39,973 nt of DNA. Source: Chiloscyllium plagiosum (lineage: Eukaryota). A program made the translations under genes and the position numbers. The DNA lies in contig NC_057719.1 in NCBI RefSeq assembly GCF_004010195.1, forward strand, positions 27,477,872-27,517,844, read 5' to 3'. Below the pieces are notes generated by a model. The model saw only the letters and a program-made list of their open reading frames with translations. It had not been told where the DNA came from and made no database searches. Shown here piece after piece: positions 1 through 12,662 of this stretch; positions within the stretch are counted from its first letter, which is position 1; every line of letters starts with the position of its first letter.

Positions 1-3000
1 CATTCTGCATGAAAACATTGCCTTTAGGTCCCTTTTATATCTTTTCCCTCTCACCCTAAACCTATGCCCTTTAATTCTGGACACACCCACCCCAGGGAAA
101 AAACTTTGTCTATTTTCCGATCCTTGCCCCTCATAATTTTATAAATCTCTATAAGGTCACCCCTCAGCCTTTGGATGCTCCAGGGAAAATAACCCCAAGT
201 GTATTCAGCCTCTCCCTATAGCTCAAATCCTCCCACCCTGGCAACATCCTTGTAATTCTTTTCTGAACCCTTTCAAGTTTCACAACATCCTTCCAATAGG
301 AAGGAGACCAGAATTGCACATAATATTCCAAAAGTGGCCTTTACAATGTCCTGTACAACTGCAACAAGACCTCCCAACTCCTGTACTCAATGCTCTGACC
401 AATAAAGGAAAGCACTGTCCTATCTACCTGTGACTCCACTTTCAAGGAGCTATGAACCTGCACTCCAAGGTCTCTTTGTTCAGCAACACTCCGTAGGACC
501 TTACTATTAAGTATATAAGTCCTGCTAAGATTTGCTTTCCCCAAATGCATCACCTCACAATTATCTGAATTAAACTCTATCAGCCACTTCTCAGCCCATT
601 AGCCCATCAGATCAAGATCCCGTTGTAATCTGAGGTAACCTTCTTCGTGTCCACTACACCTCCAATTTTGGTGTCATCTGCAAACTTATTAACTATACCT
701 CTTATGCTCACTTCCAAATCATTTATATAAATAACAAAAAGTATCGGCCCCTTCACCAAACCTTGTGGCACTCCAGACTGAAAAACAACCCTCCACCACC
801 ACCTTCTGTCTTCTACCTTTGAGCCAATTCTATATCCAAATGGCTAGTTCTCTCTGTATTCCATGAGATCTAACCTTGTTAACCAGTCTCCCATGGGGAA
901 CCTTGTCGAAGGCCTTACTGAAGTCCATATAAATCACGTCCACCGTTCAACCCTCATCAATCCTCTTTCTTACTTTTTCAAAAAACTCAATCAAGTTCGT
1001 GAGACATGATTTCCCACGCACAAAGCCATGTTGAAAGACTTAATCTTTCCTGATGAAGGGCTTTTGCCCAAAACATTGATTTTCCTGTTCCTCGGATGCT
1101 GCCTGACCTGCTGCGCTTTTCCAGCACCACTCTAATCTAAACTCTGGTTTACAAGCATCTGCAGTCCTCACTTGTGCCAATATCTAAACAGTCCTTGACT
1201 TTCCAAATATGTGTAAATCCTGTCCCTCAGGATTGCCTCCAACAACTAGCTCACCACCAACGTCCGGCTCACCGGTCTATAGTTCCCTGGCTCCTCCTTA
1301 CCACCTTTCTTAAATAATGATACGTTAGCCAACTTCCAGTCTTCTGGCACCTCACCTGTGATTACCAATGATACAAATATCTCAGTGAGGGGCCCAGCAA
1401 TCACTTCCCAACCTCCCACAGTGTTCTAGGGTATACCTAATCAGGTCCTGGGGATTTATTCACGTTTATGCGTTTCAAGACATCCAGCAATTTCTCCTCT
1501 GTAATATGGATATTTTTCAAGATGTCACCATCTATTTCCTCACATTCTATATCTTCCACAGTAAAACTGATGCAAAATACTCATTTAGTATCTCCCCCAT
1601 CTCCTGTGGCTCCACACAAAGACGGCCTTGCTGATCTTTGAGGGGCCCTATTCTCTCCCAAGTTACCCTTTTGCCCTTAATGTAATTGTAAAAACCCTTT
1701 GGATTATCCTATTTTCCAAGCTATCTCATGTACTCTTTTTGCCCTCTTGATTTCCATCTTAAGTATACTCCTACTGCTTTTATGCTCTTCTAAGGATTCA
1801 CTCGATCTCTCCTGTCCATACCTGACATATGCTTCCTTCTTTTTCTTAACCAAACCCTCAATTCCTCTAGTCATCCAGTATTCCCTATACCTACCAGTCT
1901 TTCTTTTCATCTTAACAGGAACATACTGTCTCTGGACTCTTGTTATCTCATTTCCAAAGGCTTCCCATTTTCCAGCCATCCCTTTATCTGCAAACATCTG
2001 CCCCTAATCAGTTTTTGAAAGTTCTTGCCTAATACCGTCAAAATTGGCCTTCCTCCAATTTAGAACTTCAACTCTTAGATCTGGTCTATCATCTTCCATC
2101 ACTATTTTAAAATTAATAGAATTATGGTCGCTGGCCCCAAAGTGCTCCCTCACTGACACCTCAGTCACACTGCCCTGCCTTATTTCCCAAGAGTAGGTCA
2201 AGGTTTTGCACCTTCTCGGGTAGGTACATCCACATACTGACTCAGAAAATTTTCTGTACACGCTTAACAATTCCTCTCCATCTAAACCCTTAACACTATG
2301 GCAGTCCTAGTCTATGTTTGGAAAGTTAAAATCCCTGACCATAACCACCCTATTATTCTTACAAATAACAGATCTCCTTACAAATTTGTTTCTCAATTTC
2401 CCGCTGACTATAAGGGGGTTTATAATACAATCCCAATAAGGTGATGATCACTTTCTTATTTCTCAGTTCCACCCAAATAATTTCCCTGGATGTATTTCTA
2501 GGAATATCCTCCTTAAATATAGCTGTAATGCTATCCCTTATCAATAATGCCATTCCCTCTCCTCTGTTGCCTCCCTTTCTGTCCTTCCTATAGCATTTGT
2601 ATCCTGGAACATTAAGCTGTCAGTCCTGTCCATCCCTGAGCCATATTTCTGTAATTGCTTTGATATCCCAATCCTAAAATCCTTACCATGCCCTGAATTC
2701 ATCTGCCTTCCCTGTTAGGCCTCTTGCACTGAAATAAATGCAGTTTAATATATCAGTCCTACCTTATTCTCTGCTTTGTTCCTGCCAGTCCTGACTGTTT
2801 TACTCACTTCTTTTCTCAGCTGTACCAGTCTCAGATTAATCTCTTTCCTCAGTATCTTCCTGGGTCCCACCACGCCTCCCAAGCAACTCTAGCAAATTTC
2901 CCTGCCAGTATATTAGTCCCCTTCCAATTCAGGTTCAATCTATCCTTCTTGTACACGTCACTTCTACCCCAGAAGATTCCAATGATCCAAAAATGTGAAT

Positions 3001-3061
3001 CCTTCTCCCAAACACCAGCTCCTCAGCCCCGCATTCATCTGCTCTATCCCCCTATTCCTAT
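1..3061 (-). mobile_element. Degenerate CR1-clade LINE (3' part of ORF1 esterase plus ORF2 endonuclease/RT), running off the left edge
   Basis: Minus-strand fragments translate as CR1 ORF2 (ORFs 341..553, 1704..1997, 2004..2270 'GASDHNSINF', 2359..2553). Around 2880-2960 the minus strand reads DVYKKDRLNLNWKGTNILAGKFARV, resembling the SGNH-esterase end of CR1 ORF1. Many stops and frameshifts. Colinear with copies at 16.6-17.7 kb and 32.9-35.1 kb. Confidence 0.93.
1040..1178 (+). mobile_element. Short Penelope-type non-autonomous repeat (family A) nested in CR1, with decayed hammerhead-like core
   Basis: Interrupts CR1 relative to the 34.1-kb copy. Core reads CTGATGA(1050-1056) A GGGC TTTT GCCC AAAAC ATT. 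Same sequence family at 10.7, 24.0, 34.7 and 35.1 kb. Confidence 0.75.
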
Positions 3062-4855
3062 AGCAAGAAAAGCTGAGATAAATACCCCTTTTAAAGTTGC
3101 CTCAACTATAAATTTTCCCTTCAAACAGTATCCTGTACTTGTACACAACAGCAAGAACGTTGAGGACACTTGTACTTCTTCCAATATATTTGAACCTGAG
3201 CTATTAACCAAGTTTAATACAGATAGAAAAATATGATTCCAGTTCCAGAATAGACTCTAACATTGAACAAAAATATATTTTATTTTTTGATGTGATAAGT
3301 TTTCATTAAAGAACACATTATTTAGAACATCAAATACTACAATTACTCTAGGAATAGTTATCTTGATAACACTTCACAATATGTGAAAATAACAACTAAC
3401 ACAGGAGAAACTAACAAAACATGGTTTATATATGTTCTCATCACATAGTTATGCCACTGTGCACATTTCACACAAAAAAAAATTCTGATCACATTCATTA
3501 CATTAAGGCACATTTACTTTAGCAAAGTACTGAACATTACCATACCTGAAGAACATATGCAACACAGGTCGTGCACATCAGTTACAGAAAGCACGCTGGC
3601 CATAATAAAAGCTTACAGAAAACTTTTCATCATAAAACAATATTATTCAGCACTTAATGTGGTAATGCACACATTGCTTGCATACATACAAGTAATTCTA
3701 AGAATATGTAAATTTCAATGAAGAGGCAACACAAGAAGGGGTAGCACCTTATGCAGATCCCCAATACATCACATTATATTCATGAGTTGAAATGCTTTTC
3801 ACACTGGTTTTACAATTTTAAAACTATTCTGAAGAAATTGCATTAATTGTAATGTTTTACTTTGGATCTTTAAAATATTTAAGCTGAGATCAAGTGCTCC
3901 CTTTCAAGCAAAAGATAAAACTACCTGAATTCAGTGAAATCTTAAAGGCCTAAGAATCCAAATTACCATTTTATAGAAAACGCTTTTTTAAAAATGGCTG
4001 ATTTGTGTTATTTTATTCCTGCTCATCCCATCTCCCATTATCGATCTTCACAATTGACACTTCAATTTCCCCACTATAGCTGGGAGTTTTGGATTGTCTA
4101 AAATGCAGATAATCCTGCAGTAACTATCAATGCCATTGTCAGATTGCCATGGCATAAGAAAGGAAGCTAAAAGGTAGACCCACTGCGCTAACTCAATTTA
4201 AACAAGATCAGGAATAATGGAGTACAGGGTTTAACATTACAAAATGTAAACTTGGGACTAATGTAAGAATGTTCCTTTCACAAAGTGTAAGCAACACATG
4301 GAACAGATAAAATGGTAGGATGGTAGATGCAAAAAAAAACCTACAAACATCAAGAACAAATTGAGATAGCTGTTAGATTTTTCTGTGGTGGCTGAATAGA
4401 CTTCCTTATCTATATTTGTCTGTTTCTCTTCATATGATTCCAAACCAGAAAGTGAAATTTGCATAATTTATTTTCAGAGTGCAGAAAACTACCAGTTCAA
4501 CATTTAAAATGAGGACCACATTAGAACCTGGACCCTGCAAAAATGATCTAAAAGAAGGCAGATCCCAAATCACAAATGGCTAACTGAAGTGGTTGTACCA
4601 ACCTGAAGCAATAATGAAGACTAATGGTCCAGATATGTTTTAGATTTTACTCCAGAAATAATAGAATCTAAACTACTGAAGCATACAGCACAGGAGACAG
4701 ACAGTCATGGAGTCTATGCCAGCTGGATTAATTTAAAATTAATATTATTGCTTAGCTCCTTCCTATTTTCATTACTTTATATAGTTATCATTTCTTTTGT
4801 TAGATACAATGCTCTCTTGCTCAACTATTTTCTGTGGCAAAACAATCCATGATGT

Positions 4856-5167
4856 GGGCAGCACGGTGGCACAATGGTTAGCACTGATGCCTCACAGCGC
4901 CAGAGACCCGGGTTCAATTTCCACCTCAGGCAACTGTGTGGAGTTTGCACATTCTCCCCGTGTCTGCATGGTTTCCTCCGGGTGCTCCAGTTTCCTCCCA
5001 CAGTCCAAAGATGTGCAGGTTAGGTGAATTGGCCATGCTAAATTGCCCGTAGTGTTAGGTGAAGGGGTAAATGTAAGGGAATGGGTATGGGTGGGTTGCT
5101 CTTCAGAGGGTCAGTGTGGACTTGTTGGGCCGAAGGGCCTGTTTCCACACTGTAAGTATTCTAATCT
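4856..5167 (+). mobile_element. tRNA-derived SINE, HE1/V-SINE type
   Basis: A-box TGGCACAATGG, B-box GGTTCAATTTCC, V-domain-like 'gtgtggagtttgcacattctccccgtgtctgc...tttcctcccacagtccaaagatgtgc', and CR1-like tail 'gggccgaagggcctgtttccacactgta'. Three copies in the window. Confidence 0.9.
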
Positions 5168-7244
5168 GTAAGTAATGATTTGATGACTGTAAATACAAAC
5201 TTTATCCTGATGCATTATAAGTTTGAAGAAGATAAACCCCACATCACTGATCCATAAACTACAGAAAATAATATAATCTTAGTTTTTTCCCAAAATTTCT
5301 CATAATTTACAAAAAAACACACTTAAACCTATTCAATTTCTCTGCTACATTAGAATCTGTCCCAATATTTATAATTTCCCATTTCTGAGGCTATCTTGGT
5401 GGATATACACTGTGCACTCTTTATTGTAGTTTTATTTTGTTGGAATAGCTAAAATGCATAAAATACTACAAGAATGGTTTAATCATTAACTTGAAAGTTT
5501 ATTATCTCTGCTTTTTTATGACTTTATCCACTTCAGAGAGTTTTGCATTTGAACTCCTAAGTTTATATAGTGATTGTTTCCCAACTCAATTTAACAGAAA
5601 TGGTGTTTAAGGAGATTGTATCAAACTATTTGCTTCCTTTCGACTAAAATAACCACAACTATCATGGAGCAAACTTGAAGAACTCCCATTTTTTTAAAGC
5701 TTTGAGTTAAGTATCCTATCACTAAATATATAAGTAGCATTTGTAAAAAAAAGGTCTCTTCATCTCAAGAATTTTGAGTCTTTGTGGCCATACAAGTTTG
5801 GAGCCAACTCAGAGACTTACAATGATATGGCAAACTGATGCCTATAATCCAAGTAGACTCATTAGATCAATAGGAGTGTGTGAAGAATTACTAGAACTAT
5901 TTGACTACCTTTATGAGAACCACACTGTTAGATTACAGTGGAAGATAAGAATATTTATTATAATGAAAAAAGACCAAGTTACAGAGTTTTCAGCCAAGTA
6001 ATAATTTCTTTAGTCCATCATATGATGTTGGTAATAGGTTTACATTAAATTTAGCAGTACAAATGAGTCTGTGGTGGTTCTACTAACACTAGAGTTGTAC
6101 AGTCGAGAAAGTCCAAAGGCAGCTTACTGGGATGGCAGTCTTGTAAATCAGCATTTTAAATCTTGATTTTTTTACATAAAATTTGCATAAACATTGCATA
6201 ATGTTGCAATAATAACTTACAAAATGAGAAATCAGAATTGAGAATAAATGTAAGTTTTATGTTAAGATAGCAATGTAAAGCTAGTGCAAAAGTAACTACG
6301 CTTTGAAAAACTTCAGAGCTGAATCCAAGCCACAAAGTGCCTGCAGATTTTCTACTTTTCTTTGAAAGAAAATTCCTGGAAACGAAAAAGAAACTTTTTG
6401 GCTTCAGACATGAGTACATAAATGTCAGACCTGAGACTTAGACAATGATGAAACAAAAGTAAAACATGAACAGATTCTCAATGCAACTGCCATGGTGATG
6501 CAGCTGTATATTTAGTTCTGGCCAGACCATTAATCTTCTGAGAAGACAACAAGCATTTAAAATGCATATAGCATGTCACAAATACTAATGATTTCTGCAG
6601 TACAAAATTTATTTGAAGAAATGCAAAGATTGATGAATGTTAAAGAAAATGGTTCAAGATGTTGTTATAATCCTCAAAATGTAAATTTGGTACCTTTTAA
6701 ATCCAACCTTAAATGTTAATTAAAAGCATTGCAAGTAGAAATTCAACTTGCATCCAAACTGGGCATTTTGGTCCATTCTTGCCTCAGGACTGAACCAAAG
6801 GGTGTAAGCCCTCTTTGAGCAGAAGCAGCAGGCTGAGGCAGCAAATGGTATCCTATTGCCAATCAATTGGTTAGGCTATCCAAGACATTGTGCAACTAGG
6901 AACAGCTTGTGTGATCTACTTATTTATTCATGATTATTTTCATCATGACCCTATAACCTGCATTATGAAAATGATGATTACCTATTTACAGTTTAAGCTG
7001 CATGTGGCATCAGATGCACCTCCACTCTTTCGACAACCACCTCCTGACTTTCAGATGTCTGATTTTCAGATGCAGAGGATGGCCATGACTTTAATTTCTC
7101 CTGCCATATTTCCTATGTCCCAAATTATTTATGTGGTTAATTTTAACTTGAGCACACATTATTGCATGAAATTTAATTATATTAAACTAATTTTTTAAAA
7201 GTCTAAAGTAGTTTTAATTGTAATTTGCAGCATCAAAACAATTG

Positions 7245-7326
7245 AAAAGGTACTTAATTGGCTGTAAAGCGCTTTGGGACTTTCTGAGGCCCAGAAAAGC
7301 ACAAGGTACTGTAAATGGAGGCTTTT
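7245..7326 (+). mobile_element. 3' tail relic of a Deu-domain SINE (SacSINE1/AmnSINE1-like)
   Basis: 'gtacttaattggctgtaaagcgctttgggac..ctgagg' matches the recalled DeuSINE tail. Confidence 0.55.
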
Positions 7327-9779
7327 CACTTTATTAATGGGAAATCATTGGTTGCATCAAGGAGGGAGAGGACCTAGAAAAACCTTGCATCCTCTAGTAT
7401 CATACTGTTTTATACAAGCAACGTGTAAAACATAGGTTCCTTCTGAACCTATTATCCATTGACATTCACTAAATGATGACAATAAATGCAGGCTGTTAAG
7501 AAACAGCTTTTCCTGTACTTCAGTTCAAACACCACAACTGGCCATGCTACCTTCATCCCTAGGAGATAGAAAGAAAATCAACTCAGATTCCTGGCCCTGA
7601 CTGCTATCTAATGACTTCTGCTGGAAATTATACCATGAGTGAAGACAAGGATTGGATTGAAATGTGATTCTGCCCATTGTCACTACAGACCCACACATGA
7701 ATAATATCAAACTTGGTGAAATAGCAGAGGACTATGAGTACTGTGGAACCCAACAATTTTAGGACATGGGAGGAGAGAAAACAGTATAACAGACATAAAA
7801 GGATATAAAATTGGGAGATTCACAATAAAGTTCACAGAACACTGTCCAATTACAAAATGAAAACTCAGAAGTTGCAAATGAATGGAGAACTCTAGGGTGC
7901 AAATTCTGCTAGATCAATCCTTGGCTCATGAGTGCCAATTGCAAAGTTGTTCATTCCCAACCCACTATTAACTGTACTGAATGGAAAAGCATGGTCTTGG
8001 AGGTCTTAGCTGAGCCACATTTACCCCTGGCTTGTGCTAAGGACTAGTGCAGTGGAATTAATTAACTTTAGTGTCCAGTTAACCAGAAAATGAAGTAATT
8101 GATATGATGAGTAAATATAAAATGTTCATAAAATTGGTATCTAATTAATTTGCAGTCTTTTCCAGATTGCACAACGGAGAAAACATGTGGACATGTTCAG
8201 AGACATACTTTGTGATGAATCGTAGAAATTTTATTGCAACATCTTGGGAAAGTTGCAGGTGAAATTGGCAATATAATTTGGCTAATGGAGCTTTCTTTAG
8301 TAATAATAATGCCATCAGCAAATTTGGGAGCTAATTTGTGCCTAAGATACTTAATGATGTACCAGTTTGAATGTATTACTCAACTCAGCCATAGCTATAC
8401 ATACTACAGTTATAATACTGCCACTCAATCCACCATTTAAGTTTCTATTTTGCAGAAAAGGCATAGTCTAACAAATTTAATTGTGGTTTTCTTTTAAATT
8501 CAATTACATCTCTGGCAGTAACCTTCTGTGACACACAAATATAATCCAACCACTATTGTTTCTATACCATATCAGATACTTCAGGAGCTTGGTTCTGTTC
8601 CAAATTGCAGCAGATATAGTAAAGAACTCAAGCTGGTCCATGGTACAAGTTTTAGTTCTTATTATCTTTAAAGGTACAATACATCAAATACATTTGTTGA
8701 CAACAATTCCATAAGGGATCACAACTGAAGAGATGATAAAAGTATAAAAGTCTATTGAAGTTGTTATTAGATGGCTAAAAATGACAACTTACTTAGCAGT
8801 CTTACAAGTGACTAATAAATGGTGATTGTACTCCATTCAAAAAGGATTTTGGAATCAAATCCAGTTGTTTTAGTCTGTAAAGTTCCTGCACAATTGATTA
8901 TTTATCTTCATTTTACACTACCCTGCCTTTGGATTTTAATTCACTTTTAAAGTATGACCATTCAAGAAGCTTTTTTCATAACTCTGTTTTGGAGATTTTA
9001 TCTAAACAAAATAATCTATTGTGTACTGATAAATTAATATTACAATGTACGTCACAATTTCTACATAGATACAGCTTTCAAGCAATCTCCCTTACTGAAA
9101 AGATTAGCTATGTGAAGTATTAACTGACAAACACTCACCATAGCACTATTTTTATGTTGACCCAAAAAGCCCCAGAAGTGGAGCATCTAAACCTCCTTTG
9201 GAGATTATTGTTCAAAATGGCAGCCTCAATGGTTACCTAAGCGTGCCTACCTCTACTTGGGTAAGATTAATTTCTAGTCATATGACTGAGTACTGCATCA
9301 CCAGCAACAAGAAAAAGCTGGCAGAACCCAGCCTCCAGGAAGCAGCATTAAAAATGGCAGTGAAGCTTCCATTTCATCCTGTTACCCAACCACAGAAAGG
9401 GGTGAAATAGTGGAAATAATGAAGAAATGAGATGACAAAATAAAAATAGAGAGTAAAATCAATAAATCACCATTTTGTACTGGTTCTATTAAGATAATCT
9501 CTACATAGTCCATACTTAGCAATAAAAAAACACTGCACATTAATACATGATGCTCCAAACAGATCTGATCAAAAACAAAGATTAACATAAGTGCTCTCAC
9601 TTTACTGATTTATAAAGTCACCAATTTTCCAACCAGACCACATCCATTAGATCTTGTGTGCAGATTCACTGTTATTTTTCAGTGAATGAATATGTTGGTT
9701 TCCAAAGCTTCATCTCTGCCAAGCACAGAATGACAGAGGTCTAAATCTAACGAGTCATCATCCTCTTTGGAATTCCATT

Positions 9780-10142
9780 TTAGAAAGTACTTTTTCCCAA
9801 ATAGTCATTTGGATAACCAAGTCCATAGATGACATTATTTGAAGAAAAAGGCACAATGGAATATGAACCAATCTCGTCATAATACAAAGATTCGGAACAT
9901 TCATTACAATCCTTGATCATATACTTCACTCTTTTCTGTGCATCAGAATAGAGATGCTTTGAAGCCTTATTAAACTGTTCAGCATAGTCATACACTTCTT
10001 TCTCTGTTTCAATGTGGATTTTCCTCAATAAATTGTTTATTAAAACAGCCCTTCGAAGATAGATTTCAGGGTCTTCAAGAATCCTTAGTTTTTCTAGTGA
10101 AAGCCTTAGAATACATGTTCGATCTTCTGGAAAGATCAGGTT
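9780..10142 (-). CDS. SERTAD4: SERTAD4-like protein, terminal coding exon containing the SERTA domain
   Basis: [43 protein letters not shown] parallels the SERTAD4 SERTA motif ([38 protein letters not shown], from memory). Acceptor ttctttctttttaag|AAC, phase 0. Stop TAA at 9782-9780. May be a paralogue rather than the orthologue. Confidence 0.9.
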   Translation of the reverse strand, partial: NLIFPEDRTCILRLSLEKLRILEDPEIYLRRAVLINNLLRKIHIETEKEVYDYAEQFNKASKHLYSDAQKRVKYMIKDCNECSESLYYDEIGSYSIVPFSSNNVIYGLGYPNDYLGKSTF

Positions 10143-10224
10143 CTTAAAAAGAAAGAACACTCAGGTGTTTAAAGTAACAGTGCAAAAGTGTCCAATTTTT
10201 TTTCTAATGTCAAAAAATGCTTAC

Positions 10225-10339
10225 TTTTGGAAAGTACCCATTGTAAACTTTATGCAAATCTTCTTCTTCTGCATATTTTCTCTTGAAGTACGCTACTTTC
10301 GACGTTGTTAATGTAATTGAACAAAGTTCTGTCAATCTT
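10225..10339 (-). CDS. SERTAD4: SERTAD4-like protein, penultimate coding exon (115 nt; absent from the ORF track)
   Basis: Acceptor ttctttattgttctcatacag| and donor AAA|gtaagc. Translates RLTELCSITLTTSKVAYFKRKYAEEEDLHKVYNGYFPK, matching the SERTAD4 'TTSKITYFKRKYVEEEDFH' motif. Splices in frame over the 82-nt intron 10143-10224. Confidence 0.9.
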
Positions 10340-10639
10340 CTGTATGAGAACAATAAAGAAAACATTCTTATTGAAAGAATAAATAGAAACCTTAGACAAT
10401 AACCACAAGTTTAAGACTGAATTATGAACTTTATTACACTCAATATTATGTAAGCACCAGCTGTGCCAGTGACTCTATAAATAGGTCTCACACCCTCTGT
10501 AACCTGCAGTGCACTTTCTCCTACCTAATATCTAGCAGCAATCATAGCAAAAGACTCTTAACTTTTACATCAGTTACTGAAATATATCACCCATCAACAT
10601 GTGGTTTCTTTCTTCAAATGTATAAAGCAACATGGATAA

Positions 10640-11032
10640 GGTAGGCAATGACCTAGTGGAGTTGAGAGTATGGTGCTGGAAAAGCACAGCAGGTCAGGCA
10701 GCATCAGAGAATCGATGTTTCGGGCAAAAGCTGATGGCCTAGAATATTAATCCTGAAACCCATGGCAGATGTTGGAATATGAATTCAATAATAATATGGA
10801 AATAAGAGTCTAATGATGACCATGCAACCATTGTCGATTGCTAAAAAACCCCATCTGGTTCACCAATGTCTGTTAGGGAAGGAAATCTGCCATCCTCACC
10901 TAGTCTGGCTTACTTGTGACTCTAGTCCCACAGAAATGTGGTTGACTCTTAACTGCCCTCTGGGCAAATTAGGAATGGGCAATAAATGCTGGCCGAGCCG
11001 GTGACATGCACATCCCATGAATGAAAGAAAAG
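10640..11032 (+). mobile_element. Second shark tRNA-type SINE family, interrupted near its head by a family A fragment
   Basis: Body 'catctggttcaccaatgtc..ttagggaaggaaatctgcc...aatgtggttgactc...gggcaataaatgctgg' with an A-rich end. Reverse-complement relatives at ~28240-28590 and ~39335-39632. Confidence 0.65.
10660..10731 (-). mobile_element. Truncated family A Penelope-type repeat
   Basis: 'ggtgctggaaaagcacagcaggtcaggcagcatc..gaatcgatgtttcgggcaaaagc' is the reverse complement of ~1060-1130. Confidence 0.7.
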
Positions 11033-11352
11033 GTGGATGGAACAAAAAAAAACAAGTTTCATTCCTTGATATAAAAACAAAGACACAAGTTACTTTTGCT
11101 ATAAACATATACTTTTAAATTGAAATGCACGTACTGTAAATTCTTTCTGCCATTCCTTAGAGGGGGTTATAATAGGCCAAATATTTTAAATAAAATGGCT
11201 TTGCAGCTCTTAAATACGGGGATCAACTACTGACTTCCAGATATGATCTATCAATTTATATCTGAGGAAGTCTTACTCCTCAAGCAGTCAGAGTGTGTTT
11301 TGGCCAACCGGTGACTGTAATACCTCCTGACAGACAATTATTAAATCACTAC

Positions 11353-11412
11353 CTTAAGCTTGGGCCTACCTTTGATTTGCGACCAGGTGGCTTGTGAACA
11401 CTTCTGCAGATC
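11353..11412 (-). CDS. Candidate upstream exon of the SERTAD4-like gene (43 nt ending 11370, or 60 nt ending 11353)
   Basis: Strong acceptor ctactctctttgtttcag|G. Two donors, AAG|gtaggc and AAG|gtagtg, can each give a stop-free phase-2 join to 10339. No homology support. Confidence 0.45.
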
Positions 11413-11770
11413 CTGAAACAAAGAGAGTAGATGACATGCCTTTCATGAAACAGTTCCAAAAAATAGCACTTCATGAAGTAAGAGAAACCTCTGACGATGG
11501 CCTAACACAACTTGTAATCAAATTCATGTACATCATCAGATTAAGCACCATTAACAACACTTACTTCATTCAGAGTGGCATGTCAAAGTAGTACTGAGTA
11601 CTGCGCTTTTCCAGCAACACATTTTTAGTACTGAGGAAAGGCTACATTACTGGAAATGACTTACTTTCAATGCAACATCAAATCAGGTTTCTTTTTCAGG
11701 TTGTGAAAGGATGCCTGCATATTTTAACAATCATTTCCCCAAATAATGTCAGTGGATCCCACCAGCTCGT

Positions 11771-12112
11771 GGGGTGGCATGGTGGCTCAGTGGTTAGCAC
11801 TCCTGCCTCACGGCGCCAGGGACCTGGGTTCAATTTCAGCCTTGGGTGACTGTGTGGATTTTGTACATTCATCCTATGTCCGCATGAGTTTGCTCCAGTT
11901 GCTCTGGTTTCCTCCCACAGTCTAAAGATGTGCAATGTTGGGTGGATTGGCGTGCTAGTTTGTCCGTAGTGTCCAGGGATATACAGGCTAGGTGTAATAG
12001 CTATCGGAAATACAGGAATGTGGGGTTGGGTCTTAGTGGGATGTTCTTCAGAAGGTTGGTGTGGACCTGATTGGCCACAATGGCCTGCTTCTACACTGTA
12101 GGCATTCTCTAA
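11771..12112 (+). mobile_element. tRNA-derived SINE, HE1/V-SINE type
   Basis: TGGCTCAGTGG A-box, GGTTCAATTTC B-box, V-domain-like body and CR1-like tail. Confidence 0.88.
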
Positions 12113-12334
12113 TTGTGATGCAATTTTCAAAGAGAGAACAGACAGAGAGGGAATAGAAAACGTCTGTCCCCAATTAAGAGTCCATTAATCTTCTTGAGAA
12201 CCTTGTTACTGAGTTGGGGACATGGAAAGGCCAATTTCAAAGTTGAAATTGCTGAACTTGAACAGTCCGATATACTTCAATGCATAGCTTTTCAGTTCAG
12301 TTTCAAGCAGAAGTCAAATTATTGTTTGATATTG

Positions 12335-12550
12335 ACAAATTTCAGGATCTTATTGAATATTGTACACTTTGGCCATTCTTGTGTACATTTGAAGTTAGAA
12401 GACCTCCCATGTGCTGCATCCTTTCTTCTCGTAGACAGTATCAAGCTCCTCATCTCACTTTGAAATGTTTATCACCTCTCATATATTAGATGTGATCTTT
12501 CTCTGTACTTTCTCTGTAACTGTAACACTATATTCTGCATTCTCTTCTAT
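12335..12550 (+). repeat. Copy 1 of a ~215-bp direct duplication (copy 2 at 13865-14082)
   Basis: 'acaaatttcaggatcttattgaatattgtac...tattctgcattctcttctat' is present twice with few differences. Confidence 0.92.
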
Positions 12551-12662
12551 TATCCTAAGTACTAATGTAAGGACTCATTTGTCTGGTTAACATGCAAAAC
12601 AAAACTTTTCATCATATTCTGTATATGAAAATAATAAATCAAATCAAATCAGATCAAATCAA
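12485..12662 (+). mobile_element. 3' end of a non-LTR element with AATAAA and a (TCAAA)n tail
   Basis: Ends 'aataataaatcaaatcaaatcagatcaaatc'. A related 3' end lies at ~21090-21246 ('aataaacctaattctaattcta'). Clade not determined. Confidence 0.5.

Noticed and set aside
3279..3284. Minus-strand AATAAA as the polyA site of the SERTAD4-like gene
   Set aside because: Several other candidates (for example ~7330 and ~8230) lie in AT-rich DNA, and none can be chosen without transcript data.
4856..4930. tRNA gene
   Set aside because: The A/B boxes continue into a SINE body and tail in three copies, so this is a SINE head.
10143..10160. ORF-track start 'MFFLFK' for the 126-aa SERTA ORF
   Set aside because: It is the polypyrimidine tract and AG of an 82-nt intron; the upstream exon splices in at 10142.
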